Below, in pieces: positions 13,670 to 26,900 of a stretch of 64,000 nucleotides of DNA (position 1 is the stretch's first letter; each line of letters starts with the position of its first letter). The notes below the pieces were generated by a model. That model did no database searches. It had not been told where the DNA came from and worked only from the letters and a program-made list of their open reading frames with translations. The translations under genes and the position numbers were made by a program. Source of the stretch: Phoronis australis (Eukaryota > Animalia > Phoronida); NCBI GenBank assembly GCA_002633005.1, contig NMRA01000105.1, positions 124,001-188,000 of the forward strand. The letters are read 5' to 3'.

Positions 13670-13675
13670 TTTATT
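13670..13675 (-). terminator. Candidate distal poly(A) signal for ADAMTS9 (a proximal candidate lies at 15865-15870)
   Basis: TTTATT on plus strand (AATAAA on minus) at the end of a U-rich minus-strand stretch; would imply a 3'UTR of about 4.2 kb. Confidence 0.4.
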
Positions 13676-16600
13676 TCCTTGTAAAAATACGATTACACAT
13701 TAAATGCACAATTACAGTATAAATACCTTGCTACATTTTAAGGGTCACTTGCAGACTAATTACCATCAGTGACGTACATATGCAAAGCTGAGAATAATCT
13801 CTAAAACATATGGGGTATTTATTAGAAGCACTATAATCTAGGGACACTTTTTAGCAGCTCCAGAACTCAAAATGATGTTCCGAAACGTCTGATAATACGA
13901 AGTGCATTTACTCAAACAAGTTTTTCCAAATACTACAGTCACATTTTCATTGCCACAGCACAGAAATCTATTCGCTGCTCTAATTAGTTGCTGACAGTTA
14001 GCGTTACTACACGCATAACTGTTTTCACATTTCCTCCAAAAACGTGGAATCTTCCAACTAGACACTGTGACTAGAATACAGACAGTTTAACTTCATGTGG
14101 TAAGAATTTCAATAGGTTCAATCCCTGACATATGAAAAGTTAACAGGAATATACTGTTGAATTTTAACTGTACAACTGAAATAACACCAAGGTATAATCA
14201 ATAACGCCAGTCACTTGCTGGACACAGGGAGGAATCTTACATACATAGCGAATAGTTAAGCATGGGTGTGTATTCATTGCATTCTCCCACAAATCAGCAA
14301 TCCAAACATTGGCAGTAATTTTGCTGATGTGAGGTTGCGAACCTACACACTAAACATTAAATGAGATTTTTCGTCACATTGGAGACACTTCGTCTAACCC
14401 GCACTATTGAATGCACCTGTGGTTGCACTAAAAATGCTACGTACAAAAGACAGGTGGAGGGATTCTTTTACAAATAGGGACTCTTAATACTGTCAGATCT
14501 TAAATATCGTTTAAAATGCCAAAGAATAAAGCTTTGCTTCAACAGTATTTCAAAATCAAATGGCCCTCAAATCAAAATTGGTCACCAAAAATACCTGGTA
14601 GAGATGCATACCACATCACTTAGTTATGAACAAGTAGTGGCTTAATAAATACAAAATTATTATGCTCATTTTTAAACCTGTCAGCTTCAAAATCTGGTGA
14701 ACTCTTCCAAGACAAAAATACAGGACCAACAGTAAACTAAGATTATCAATGAATGTACAAAATCAAAAAAGGTTAATCCTGGTAAATAAATAATGTATAC
14801 TTTACAGGTATTTTACACCAAGTACGTTGTGACAACGTAAAACTTATTCACTGTGATTCATCAGATGTTATAGCAATCTCGAGTTCCTTTTTGGTGCGCA
14901 AATGTACCCTGTAGGTACACCTGTAGAGAAACTGTCGACTTACAATTCTACGTATGTTTTTGTAAAAAATAGCCAAAACCTGCAACATCTTTCCCAAAAC
15001 GCTGATTCACGACGCTTCATTGGGCTATTCATTGGCGCAAAGGACGTTGGGAAATGTAAACAAAGATGAAACACATCTGCACAATAATCAGGTGACATCA
15101 AGAGGGTTGCTTTCCCCTTCAACACCATAAGGACACAGCGAGTTCAAACAATTACAAAAATTAGTCTAATAACCTATGTACAATAAAATCTCTTAAATGT
15201 TTTCATCGAACAACAATATACGTCTTAGAAAATGGCAGTGATCTAAATTACAGTGCGGCAACAACGTCACATCAGAATGGAGACTGTTGCACACTGAATA
15301 CCAAGAGTACTAGTCAATGTAAGAGATCTATAATAAAACAAACTTTAACATGTGAGTAAATGTCGTTCACAAAGAGCCGGTGCAGACGGATATCTACGAA
15401 CTGAGCCGTTTATTTCAAGTGAAGGATAGAATTGACAGCTGATGTCAAGGCGAGAGCAGTTGAATGAACCAAGGATAACTTAATTCAACTATTGTGGTAT
15501 ATTCACACTACGGCACAAGCTGTCAGCTCAGCTATGGTTCACTCGAGGCAGACAGCTCATCTCCTAGCTCTCTGTCTGCGGAGGCCTTAATACTCGGCAC
15601 AGCGGGGCTAACAAAATTATCACAGAGGAACAAACTAAAACTGGATTTTTACTTTTATAAAAATAATACAACAGACACAGCGCACATCACAGGGATATTT
15701 GGTATTACCTTAAATTAAGTACACTTGCACTTTACACCAGATATGAACCATCCGAGTCAAATCGCAGGATTTCTTTGACTCGACAGCTGTACATAATGAT
15801 AACGAGGGATTGTCAAATCAATGATTGTCATACTCATTAGTGTTCTTCTAAATTTAAAGGCACTTTTATTAATTATACTTTTCTACAGTCACACAACAGA
15901 CATTATGATTACTATCAAACAAAGAAGTGTCATACCCTTCCACAAAAACGCAACAATGCTCACAAAAAATGAGTTAAAAGTTTGAGACAAGAACACAGTG
16001 TATAGTGAATTACTCACGAAATGGATGCAAAAATTACGTAGCATTAAAGCCTACCTTGAACGGAAACGCATGTAAATTTAGTTCCTGCAATATGTTAAGA
16101 GCACCTCCATGACCACACTGGTCCTAAATTGCCAAATGCAATACATGTTTCGGCTCATTGCTCGACTTTCAACACTGCCTCCATGAGAATCCCCAGCAAA
16201 TTCAAACAACTACGAACAATACCTACAAATACTGGTGATCCTATTCAATACACTGTAGTACACACAGCAGGTACACATGCACTGGCGACTTCAAAGCACT
16301 GCTGTTGGTCATTATTTGTTTGCCGTTTCCTCATGGAGATGCAATACGGCGCGAACAGGCTACATTGATGAGCCTGCATTTTTTGTGTTTTTATCATGTT
16401 TTCTTCTGATGCTAAAACATTGCCTAGACCATCTGGATAGCCGATACATCGAAAATAACAAAACTCTGTTCGAGAAAAACTTTGAAGCCCCCACCTTTCA
16501 TTTACTGGATGAATTTTATGCTAAACCCTATGACCAATACCATGAGACTATGTGGGCAACAGGTATACCTCTCAAAATCAGGAAAAGAAATGATCAATAT

Positions 16601-16705
16601 ATAAACTGTGTTTCATGTCAATACGGTGTTAATATGTCATAACTCAATTAAGATGGTCTATGTAACTGGAGTTCTCGTCCTCATTTGCATAATTTATGTA
16701 CACTA

Positions 16706-16775
16706 CATGGGCGGCGCAGCACTGAAAAAAGTGGGGGGCTATAGCCCCCCAGCCCCCTATGGTGCGCCGCCCATG
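16706..16775. mobile_element. 70-bp GC-rich MITE in the presumed ADAMTS9 3'UTR
   Basis: Perfect 13-bp TIR CATGGGCGGCGCA, flanking direct repeat CACTA (16701-16705, 16776-16780), internal hairpin ggggggctatagcccccc. Confidence 0.8.
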
Positions 16776-17102
16776 CACTAGTAGGTTCCTGAGCTCAGAA
16801 CACCATAAGGCCTAAGTTAGCTTACAACAAAATGTCAATTCACATAAGGATTGTCTGTAAAGATACAAGTAAAACCATTTCAAGTATCAACGACTGAACA
16901 GGCATGGAACATTCTGTTGAAAAACAACTGCAAAAGGCGTCCACAACATGATATTCACATGTTAAGTGACCATTTGTATCCAACATGAATTGATAAATTA
17001 ACACTTTTACAACCAATTATTGTATAAGATAATTGGTGACCAATTCATAGCAGATTCATAATCAGTGCAACATGGGATTCCCAAGGATACACAACATTAC
17101 AA

Positions 17103-17195
17103 ACATTTTTAAGTCTGGTCTGCATGCCACCTGTTAGTCACAATAAACATAAGTCTGTGGCCAACAGATGGCGTGCGGACCAGATTTGAAAATGT
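17103..17195. repeat. Inverted repeat (about 40-bp arms, 13-nt spacer) made of dispersed repeat family B termini
   Basis: acatttttaagtctggtctgcatgccacctgttagtcaca / tgtggccaacagatggcgtgcggaccagatttgaaaatgt. The same arm occurs near 40404, 42110-42150 and 51422. Confidence 0.8.
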
Positions 17196-17841
17196 GCGAT
17201 CAATATTTCCACGCAAGTTCAAGATTTACATATTCTGATACACAACATTATAATCTCATTCCGTCATGAATGTATAACACAAGATGGTCTCATAACAATA
17301 AGGCTTGCCATTTGCTGTACATGAAAGACCGCCGCAGACAAATTACACGCCTCAAATGCAAATGAGCTCAGCTCATAGCTCACGACTGCAGCAAAATGAA
17401 CCATGAGGACTAGCCTCCAGAGTGGGGAAGCAAACATCTCATTTCTTGAATATCTTTTACCTATGCGGGCGAGACGAGCTAGTATTTGGCTTAATATCTC
17501 CGAAAGCCAGCGAAAATCAATTACTGCAATATCTCTCTTGCTTACTCAGTTTAATCGTGTATAGTTACGATATATACTGCCGGTTACTAATGTAGTTCAT
17601 AGGTCAGTGAGCATTTTGTCTCGCTGTGTGCAGGTTATTCAAATCAATCCATGAGCTGAGCACTATTTCACTTGAGGCAGACAGCTGGACCCATCTGCAG
17701 CGGCCCCAACAAGACTAGTGAAGAAGTTTTCATCATATGGCCGTGTTGTAGATGACTGGAATGACGAGATGTACACCATGCAGGCCTGCTGCAGAGGAAT
17801 GGGGCCAGCCCAGTGATTGGTTGGTTCACCTGTCAATCAAC

Positions 17842-17937
17842 TCAGGGGTCGACCAATACCAGCTTGATCACAGAGGTCATGTAGGGTTCACAGGTGGCAC
17901 AGTAACCACCACACTGTCCATGGACTGACACGCCATC
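17842..17937 (-). CDS. ADAMTS9: ADAMTS9 last coding exon (end of GON-1 domain)
   Basis: tacag|[31 protein letters not shown]. Confidence 0.92.
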   Translation of the reverse strand, partial: DGVSVHGQCGGYCATCEPYMTSVIKLVLVDP

Positions 17938-20900
17938 CTGTAATAGATGCAACAAAATATAGAGCTGTGCAGTCATCATAGACCTAATTCATGCCGACAG
18001 GAGGCGCGTTCCAAAACAAGGCTCGCCACGATAGTTCTGTTGGCTCATCGCATAGTTGTATTCCGCGTACGCTCGAACGGCTATATACAGATACTCAACT
18101 GTCTGTTTTACGATGCCTAAGGACGTTTCGGAAGCGTTGGGTTGTTGCCATGCGCCGCGACGAAGGAAAAATTTCCGTGTAAAATTTAATATTTCGAAAA
18201 GTTAATCATATTTTGTCGCATCTCGGTTGCCGAGCATCATAGCAACTACCGGTAAATCTTCGGCCAGCCAAGCTGTGTTTTCATAAGTACGGATTGAAAC
18301 ATGACGCATTTTTATTTCCATAAGGACAGGGCTCTCAACCTCTTGATTTTGGGGCCGAATATCGGACCTATTCCATTCTCAAAAATATTGAAAACTCTCG
18401 CGAAATTCACCAAAGAGGCCTAAAAATTTCCCTAACGGTGATAGAAAATTTCCCTCTGAAGTTCAAATTACCTGTAACCACACAGGAGACAAATTGAAAG
18501 AATTGCTACTTGACACAGAGCTTGCAACAGGGCGGGGGGTGCTAAATGACTGCAATCTCACCAATTTAGGACACAACGTGGCTGACAAATGAAATTTTAA
18601 ATTCTTTTCTCAAGATACACCTCAGCTAGCAGGATTTTCCATACATAAGCCCATGGGCTTACATTCGGAAAACGAAAATTTTCAGGCATTTTATCAACAC
18701 CAAATAAATGCCTGGGCATTTATTCGGAAAAAGGGGCATGTAAACAGAGTCATAGTTTTGGCTACGCAAATACACGTAAGCCTGGATTAAAAGATTTCCT
18801 GATTTAGACATTTTTTGCTTAAAACTGTATTTTTAAATTTTGAGTCAATAAATGCATAATTCACCAACACTGTTCGTTTTTATAGATGATAAATGCTCCA
18901 CAAAACTGAATTGGTGACTAAAAGTTGACGCTAAGTGAGCTTTTAAGATCAAATTTTCCAAATAAACACGCCACTATCTGGACTTGACACCAAAAGTTGC
19001 AACACCATATACATGCTCATGGGCGTTTATTCGACATAATTTTCCGGGCTTATCTACGGAAAATGTCGGTACCATTGGACGATAATTTGACAAACTGTGG
19101 GCATTCTCAACAATTTTAGAAGGCGCTGAAAAATGATGAGATTGAATTTGACAATTATAGTTGGTGACATTTTACCTGCATTAGACAACAGAGATTAACA
19201 TTCATCGAGGTGAATTACTTGACTTGCTAATTGTAAATAAAAATCGTTTGGAAACTCACTGCAGTTACGTGGATATTTTATTCATAACATGTGCACTTTG
19301 ATCACACAATGCTGTTTCGTTAATTCAACAAAAACATATTAAAAGAAGCAAACAAGTACACCCCAGAGAAACAAGGTTAACCATACCTGTAACCTTCGTA
19401 TCCTTTGAACCGCCTTGCGACCGCGTGAGTACCACCCAATGGACTTGGACACCTTGAAGCCAGTTCCTGTTAGATCAATCCGGAATCCACCCTACAGGTT
19501 GAAATCAGGGTCATTGAAACTTGCAAAAATGGCAAAGATTAATTTCATGATTGAAAGTGAAATCTTAACTGATGAAGTGATTCAAATCCTCAAACCAGGT
19601 ACGAGAAGAAACATTTTTTCGATTTTAAAATGTGAAAATGACACACAGGGTACTTCATAATGAACATAAAATAATCCAAGATACACTCAATATATGCAAG
19701 TTTGATTTATTTTGGAAATGCATTATTAAATGTTACGCCATGCCTTGTTTTTGAAGTAAAACTAGACAGTATTTGACGTTGAACATAATATCAACTCACC
19801 AAATGCCAACTCGCAAAACATACAGGTTCTCAAACAGGAAATGAGATTGACAAAAAAACCCTGTGATCATCACAAAGATAGTCACTTTGAAAAACGAGTG
19901 GGTTTTACCTGACGGCCCAATTTCCCATTCGTACCATACCAAAAGAAAAAACAGGCAATCGGAACACATTGTGTACATGTGTTTCATACCCTGACCCTGC
20001 CAGTTTTTGCTGAACAGTTCTCACCCCCATTTGTTTCCTTCCCGTTGCATTTATGTATTGATTTCACAAATGTATAGAACAACGGTGAACCAATGGAGTA
20101 TTTTGGAAGAAATGTTTTAATTTTGAAGGTTTTGAAGTCATCACAAATTTCAAAGTGAATTACAAGTCCTGTTCACCAAAGTTCTGTTAATTTGGTTACA
20201 ACTCGCCAAAACATCTGGTGACCTCATGGCAACTTAGGATTTTTACAAAGTCACTAAATAAAATCTGAGATTGCATTTCATCAAATCAAGCCCTTGAGCA
20301 GAGTTCACCAAGTTGACTAGATGGCCATTAGTTCCCACCTGAGGACACTCAGCTGCGCTGTAACAGTCACCCCCACTGCCAAATGGAATCTTCTTGAAGC
20401 CAGATGAGGTTGAAAATGTGAAGTCATCCGCTGAAACACATACAATCCAACGTCTACATGGCCATAATCAAGTAATACTTTTATCAAACTTAAAAGTATA
20501 CCGTACTGAACCCTGACTTGAGGATTTCAGTCAATCCTCTTTATGTAAATTGCTAAATGCATTATTGGAGTCAATCTTGTAAGTTCAAAGCAGGAATCAA
20601 CTAAAAAGTGATACAAATTGGATATTATGGTCTTAGGTTGGTGTCCTTTTCCACAGCTGCTGTGTAATTCGCTACACGAGTAGGTCACGGTTGCCCTTTT
20701 AGCAGACTTTAAAAGGAGGTTTCAAATTTTCCAAACTTTTGGGGGTTGTCGAAAGTTACAGAGCATTATTTTTTCAGGAAACTGGATGGCGGAAGTTGTT
20801 TTTAGTATCTGTATTCCAATCAATTGTTTTGTAGGATGATTGTTTATACATGCAAATACATCCTAACATCACTTCCTCCAGTCTACCAAACCAAAACTTC

Positions 20901-23900
20901 GCCAAACTGTCTTTAAACAAATATTATAACTTTCGTCTACTTATATGATGGCATTTATTGAAAATGACAACAAACCAACCACACGCTTGAAGAAAGTGAC
21001 AAGATTTCATAACAGTTTCAGATTTAAGGTTGCATAGGACCTTATCGGCACATATGCGCATTCAGCCAACTTTCTACAAATTAAACTAACAGTAACTTTA
21101 ATTTCTAAAAGTAATTTTCTTAAAGTAGACAGACCATACATTTTGATTTTCAACTTTATACGAATCTATTATCAATTGGTTCATGTGACCATGTTTTTTG
21201 TGAAAATTTGTCAAACCTATTAACTTCATATCAATCTGTCATTAATTGGGACACATGACGTCTTTTTAATAAAATTTAGCAAAACAGAAAGGCACATAGA
21301 TAGCAAAACAAGGTTATCGGTAAAATAGTCAAATCTCAAAAACACTTTTGATTTTTTCATGAAAATCAAGGTCTTATTTTTGATAGCCCTGCTGAAAAAA
21401 GTGTAACATTTAAAAACTAGGGTTTTGGAGAACAGGACAAGGAGACATGAAAGTTTTACTTGAGTATGATCAGCCGTTCTTGAGATATGATGTTCCAAAA
21501 TAGGCACATAAATTTGAACATTTTCTAGGGTCCTACATAGTGGTACTATTTTTTTTTTCAAAATACACTCAAATGCACAGCACTTATTTATTTCCTTGAT
21601 TGCAGAACATTCTGACTATGAAAAGTTTGTTGTCACTACGAAATAATAAATACTTTCAGCACACAAAGTACCACCACCTTAAAATTATCTATAATACTCA
21701 CTTATAATGTCTAGTGATGCTAAGTTCAGCTGCACTTATAATTATCTATAATACTCACGTATAATCTCTAGTGTTGTCACATTGAGCCGTACTTTCTTGA
21801 AGACTGTGTACCCTGAGCGGGGGTATAATCGCTTGATACAACTACCACAGGAAGTTAGAGCCCGACCACTGTAGGGGCATGTGTAGGGGTTACGTAGCCT
21901 AAAACATTAGGGAACAAGGAATCACTACCTGACAAGTCATCGACGTAATGTTACAAAATGGCATTGATGCAACCATAGTGACTTCAAGGTCTGCGACTAA
22001 CGGGTGCTAAATCGGATCGGACTAGTTCCTTGAAAGAGCTGAGGTGTAGAAACTCAGTGGTGGATGCAGACAGCTGAGGTTTTAACTCTAGATAGACATA
22101 ATCCCTATTAACAACAAACGGAAGCTAGGGTCATATAACAACGACATGAACATATAGCAACAATCAGTGTGAATGAGATTAGGTCAAATTTTAGGTAATT
22201 TTTTATAAGCAGAACAAGTATTGTCAATTTTGGATGAGCAGATGTAAGAATGACTGAATGGTAATTAAGTTTATGTACCTTTTACTATAAATGTGCGCAA
22301 AGTTTTTATTCTTCCCAGCAGGAAGACTGAGGTATTCTACGGGGTGCGCGGTCTTCATCTGTTGACAATAAACCTTCAACAACTTTCCCTTGATCATCAG
22401 GCGATAGTCACCATCACGGTTGATTTTGTTTTTCAGTTTTAGTTCCTTGCATGTTTTTACATAACCTACAAAAGTGTGAATCAGCAAATGTACCTAAGAG
22501 AGGAAACAACATTTATTAGAAAATAGAGATGGTATGTAGAATGGTGTGTTATGATATTTTTCAGAAAAAAATTGACATCACAATCTCAGACACATCTTTA
22601 AAACATTTTTATCAAACTGAAGTTAAAGAAAATTCATAGTTTAAAGAGTACACAGTCCCGAGTTACATACATATTTCAAGATAAAGACGACATAGTTAAT
22701 AGGGACTCACTAAACCTTTAGGATTACAGAACAAAGTTCACCAAACAAACACCAGGTGGAGGTAGTAGGCACAAGACTTTTACACTCAATTATTGAGTGA
22801 ATACCTTAAATTGTGGCCTCGTGATTTTGAACACATCTCAATTCCACTCGGCACAACAGAAATTATCTGAATTAGGGCCCTTCAAATAGTCTTGACTACA
22901 GGAAAATCTACTGGTCTACTTTCCACTAGCCTCTAACCTAATTGCATTTGGCACAATGATACAGTGAATCATTTCCGTGTCCATCTTCAGATGCCGCTAC
23001 ATTCTTAGGAGAACGAGCACAGGTATACAGTAATCGTGGGCAATTGGATTGTATTTTGTAAACAGGGGCCGCCGCATTCTTAGAACGAGCACATTACAGT
23101 CATGGTGGGCATTGTATTTTGTAAACAGACAAATTTTCAAAATCATGATCTTACTACGCCACTATCTCAAAGCAGTTTTAGAAGTCATCGGAAGGATACC
23201 CTCACAGTGATAATCAACCTGGCAATACTCACAGTGACCGGAGTAACAAGATTGGATATTCTTTGGCTTCTTAGACGCATCACATCTTGCCTTCGCCTTC
23301 CTGTCGCCATTTTTATTCATACAGTAAATATTACGGCGCTGCTTTCCCCATCCACACTCAGTAGAACACTGTAGCAAATAGGATGTATTTTAGAGATGGG
23401 TATTAAACACATACTTCAACACATTCATAATGCATCATATTCCATGACATTACAAAAAATTTGGTTTAATCGGACCATGAACTTTTACATGCAGAAGCCG
23501 AGTCCCACACCTAATATGACCATTATTAGTAGAACATAGAGCAAACATGTTTCAATGATATTGTAAGTTTGCATCTGACAGAAAAAATCAAGTTCTCAAA
23601 AGAGCTAAGTTAACATTTCAAGACTGAGGTATGTTTTGACTTGTTAAACTCTCAAATTAGCTTCATCTTGGGTCTCTTTGAGGCCCAGTAAGAGAGTGCC
23701 TTGAACTCAATGAGAAACACTGGATTAAAACAATTCCTTTTTCCCTTTTCAATTACAAAGCCGTAAGTACAACTTGTAAGTCGTGAGTTAACATACACCA
23801 ACAGACAAGTGGTAGTGTTGAACACGGCATGAAGCTCAGAAAATTAAAAGGAACCGTGAACATATTTCACTGGTGCTACATTATAACACACAGTAGCGAG

Positions 23901-26900
23901 ACGTTTGGGAAGCATGTGCCATGTTCTAGTTTGAACTGGAAGAGTAGCACAAAATACCCTGACATGCTGTTCAACTAACATATTTAATATTACTGGAATA
24001 GTCTAAGGACATCCAGTGCACTCCAAAATACACCAGACACAATAGTGTTGCATCTGTCCAGTCAATTTGTAAATTAATTCAACATTCAGTTCCAGTGGAT
24101 TCACCTGAACTCAATCTCAACCAGAAAAATTGAGACAACATGTCATCAAGATGGTTTGAAAGTGTTTCATAACAACCAAAAAATACCCAATCCAACAGGC
24201 AAACAAATCGATACTGACACCACTGATTAAAAACAACACATTTCACTGTCATTTTAATATTAACGGTAAGAATGTAATTAACTAGTAGTACTTAAGTCAT
24301 ATTAGAACAACACAAAAAATGAAACCGTTAAACATTAATCATTTAAAGCTGCATTTTGCCGGTTTTTTTTTTTGCTAAAATCGTCTCATAATATTCCTTA
24401 CAGTGCTAAGATTCAATTTATTAACAAACTCAAGTCGCAGGCAGTGCGTACAAACACCATTTTCGAATTTGCAAGATTTTACGAGTCCAGAGCAAAAAGA
24501 CCAATTTGATTTTCATTTTAACCCAGCACAATGAGGCAAAATATAGCTTTAAACAGGCAACATATTGAGACAGTTATCGTAACCCTCAGAGTACTTTGAC
24601 TAGCTACATGAGGGCGCGCCGGTGTACATGGGTCACCTTCTGAGTGAGAACACTTCACGCCCAGGGTACAGTTTTTGCCAAGAAGTACAAATCTGCGGGA
24701 AAACGTGGCGGAACAATGTTTATCTAGCCACACGTGCGACAAATTTTGCATTTGAAAAATGCAACAAAAGGGTTGGTATATTTCAAGCGGCACACCCCAA
24801 TAGTCAAGTACACCCAGGTAGTTAGTTCCACACAGAACAATATAATTAAAAAAGTGGCATGCAGTTAGTTGAAGCAACATATCGTGCATAACATTAAAAC
24901 ACAAACAGCATGCGCATGTGAAAACATGGATCGTGCACTGCCAACAGTTGGTGTGGTTAAGAGAAACACGAGACAGAATGACAAATAAACTTTATTCACA
25001 ATAAAACAGTACCCAGCGTAAGCTTTGAATACATAACTATCTCTAACACCAGTCAGTTTACAGCTGAGCAAAATTGTCCACAACACGTATGTCACACATT
25101 GTTGTATGCGAAACGGAAACAATCACGAATGTATTATCTACAATTCAAACCTGCAGCAGACGATCACAGCAAAACACACTGACAACCAACTGGCTTCTTA
25201 GAAAATCTTAACCCCGGTGAAGTATCTTAAGTTTGTTATTCAACAACGCGCAAAATATTGCTTCAATTTGTCATGCTTAACTTAAGAAATTTCTTATTCA
25301 GGAGACCAAAGCTGTCTTTATTGGAAATGCTTCAGAAATCACACCCAAGATTGTCTTGCACACAAAAGAGATTTTGAGCAATGATGAGCAAGGTAGTTAG
25401 AAAATGAAAAGCATGAAAGTGTGTGAAATAGTTTAAAATGTATATAAAATCCTTGGTTTACTCAAGGATGTGCAAGAGCAAAGGATAAGAAATATATTAT
25501 ATACATCAACAACGCTATGAAGAACAGGGCGTGGGTTACATGCTCAGCAGTTAAAATGGTAGAAGGGAGACCGAGGCAATAAATTATACCAAGTGAACAG
25601 AAATGCTGACTTAATCCATGTAATAGTGTGTTCTAGTGAGTGTTGTGAAATTGGGTATTATGTTAAGTGTCAAGTCCTGCCAGTAGTCTATTGTTGGGGT
25701 TTTGGGAATGATTAATAAGCAACACAGCTCCACAACGGTTATATCAAACAGCGCCATCTTTGGGGAATGTTGTCCAATCAGTGAGTTACCTGACGCCACT
25801 CGCCTATCCGCCAAAAATATTTGTTATCACAGTCCCCCATGCTGCATGACCTGTGACCCGAGGGTCGGGCCGTCTCATCGCAGCCCGTTGACAGACTAGG
25901 AGTCAGCAGCCAACCCTCAGGGGTGACAGCCTGACAGAATACGGCTCTAGACTGGATGCCAACACCACATGTCTTGGAACACTGCATGGAGGAAAATGCG
26001 ATAATAACAGCACACATGCATACATGACGAAGATTTGTGTAGTGTGAAACACAAATAAGATAGACATGTTGTGGAAAAAAACATTCGGTGAAAACTACAG
26101 CATACAGTAAACAAAGTAAAACTGTGGCATCAAAGACAAGTATAGGGTGAAAAAATGAAAATTTTATATTCTAATTCTTTTGGAAAGACCAGAGCAAATT
26201 GATTCGTTCAGTTAAAACTTTGTGGTAAGATCATCCATACAATGAATGTAAAAACTATGACTTAAAAAATAAACGAATTTACATGCATTCAACATTTTTG
26301 AAGTATTGTTTTTGGGGTCACCCTGTACAACAAGAACCTACGATTTCTATCAAGCATGCTAGGGGAACGCCGAACATCGATTTTTCCCATAAACTCGTTC
26401 ACCCAAATACAACTAACTTTGAAATTCATTTCACTATGAATCCTCAAAATACTTTTATTTACTACAAACACTTTCTAGATTTCACAAGCGCTTTTGACAC
26501 CATTTGACACAGCCAGGCCAAAAGCTTCAATTGTGATTAACTTACTCTAGTCCAGTTGCCTGGCCTCCACATGTATGGACACCAATTCTTTCTGCACTTC
26601 TTAACTGTCTTCGGTTTCTTTGCCTTACAGTTGCCATCGGCGATTGTCTCTTCTGTTGCCTTGTTGACGCAGGTAACATGGCGACTGCGGAACCCTCGTC
26701 CGCACGTTATCGAACACTGATGATTTTATTAGAATTACATCAGTTCACATTCGAACAGCACAGACTTAATGCACATTAAATGTCATCGTGAACAGAATAA
26801 ACAATGCATAACAAACTAACAAAAGTCAACTTGATTAATACCCAGTCAGAGCTACTAAACAAATTAGACCATGCTCATTCACAAACTTGAGATCCTCACT

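Noticed and set aside
22993-23130. Two tandem ~65-bp similar segments that might be an exon
   Set aside because: No splice signals; the TSR15 and GON-1 exons join directly in phase 1, so this is a local intronic duplication.
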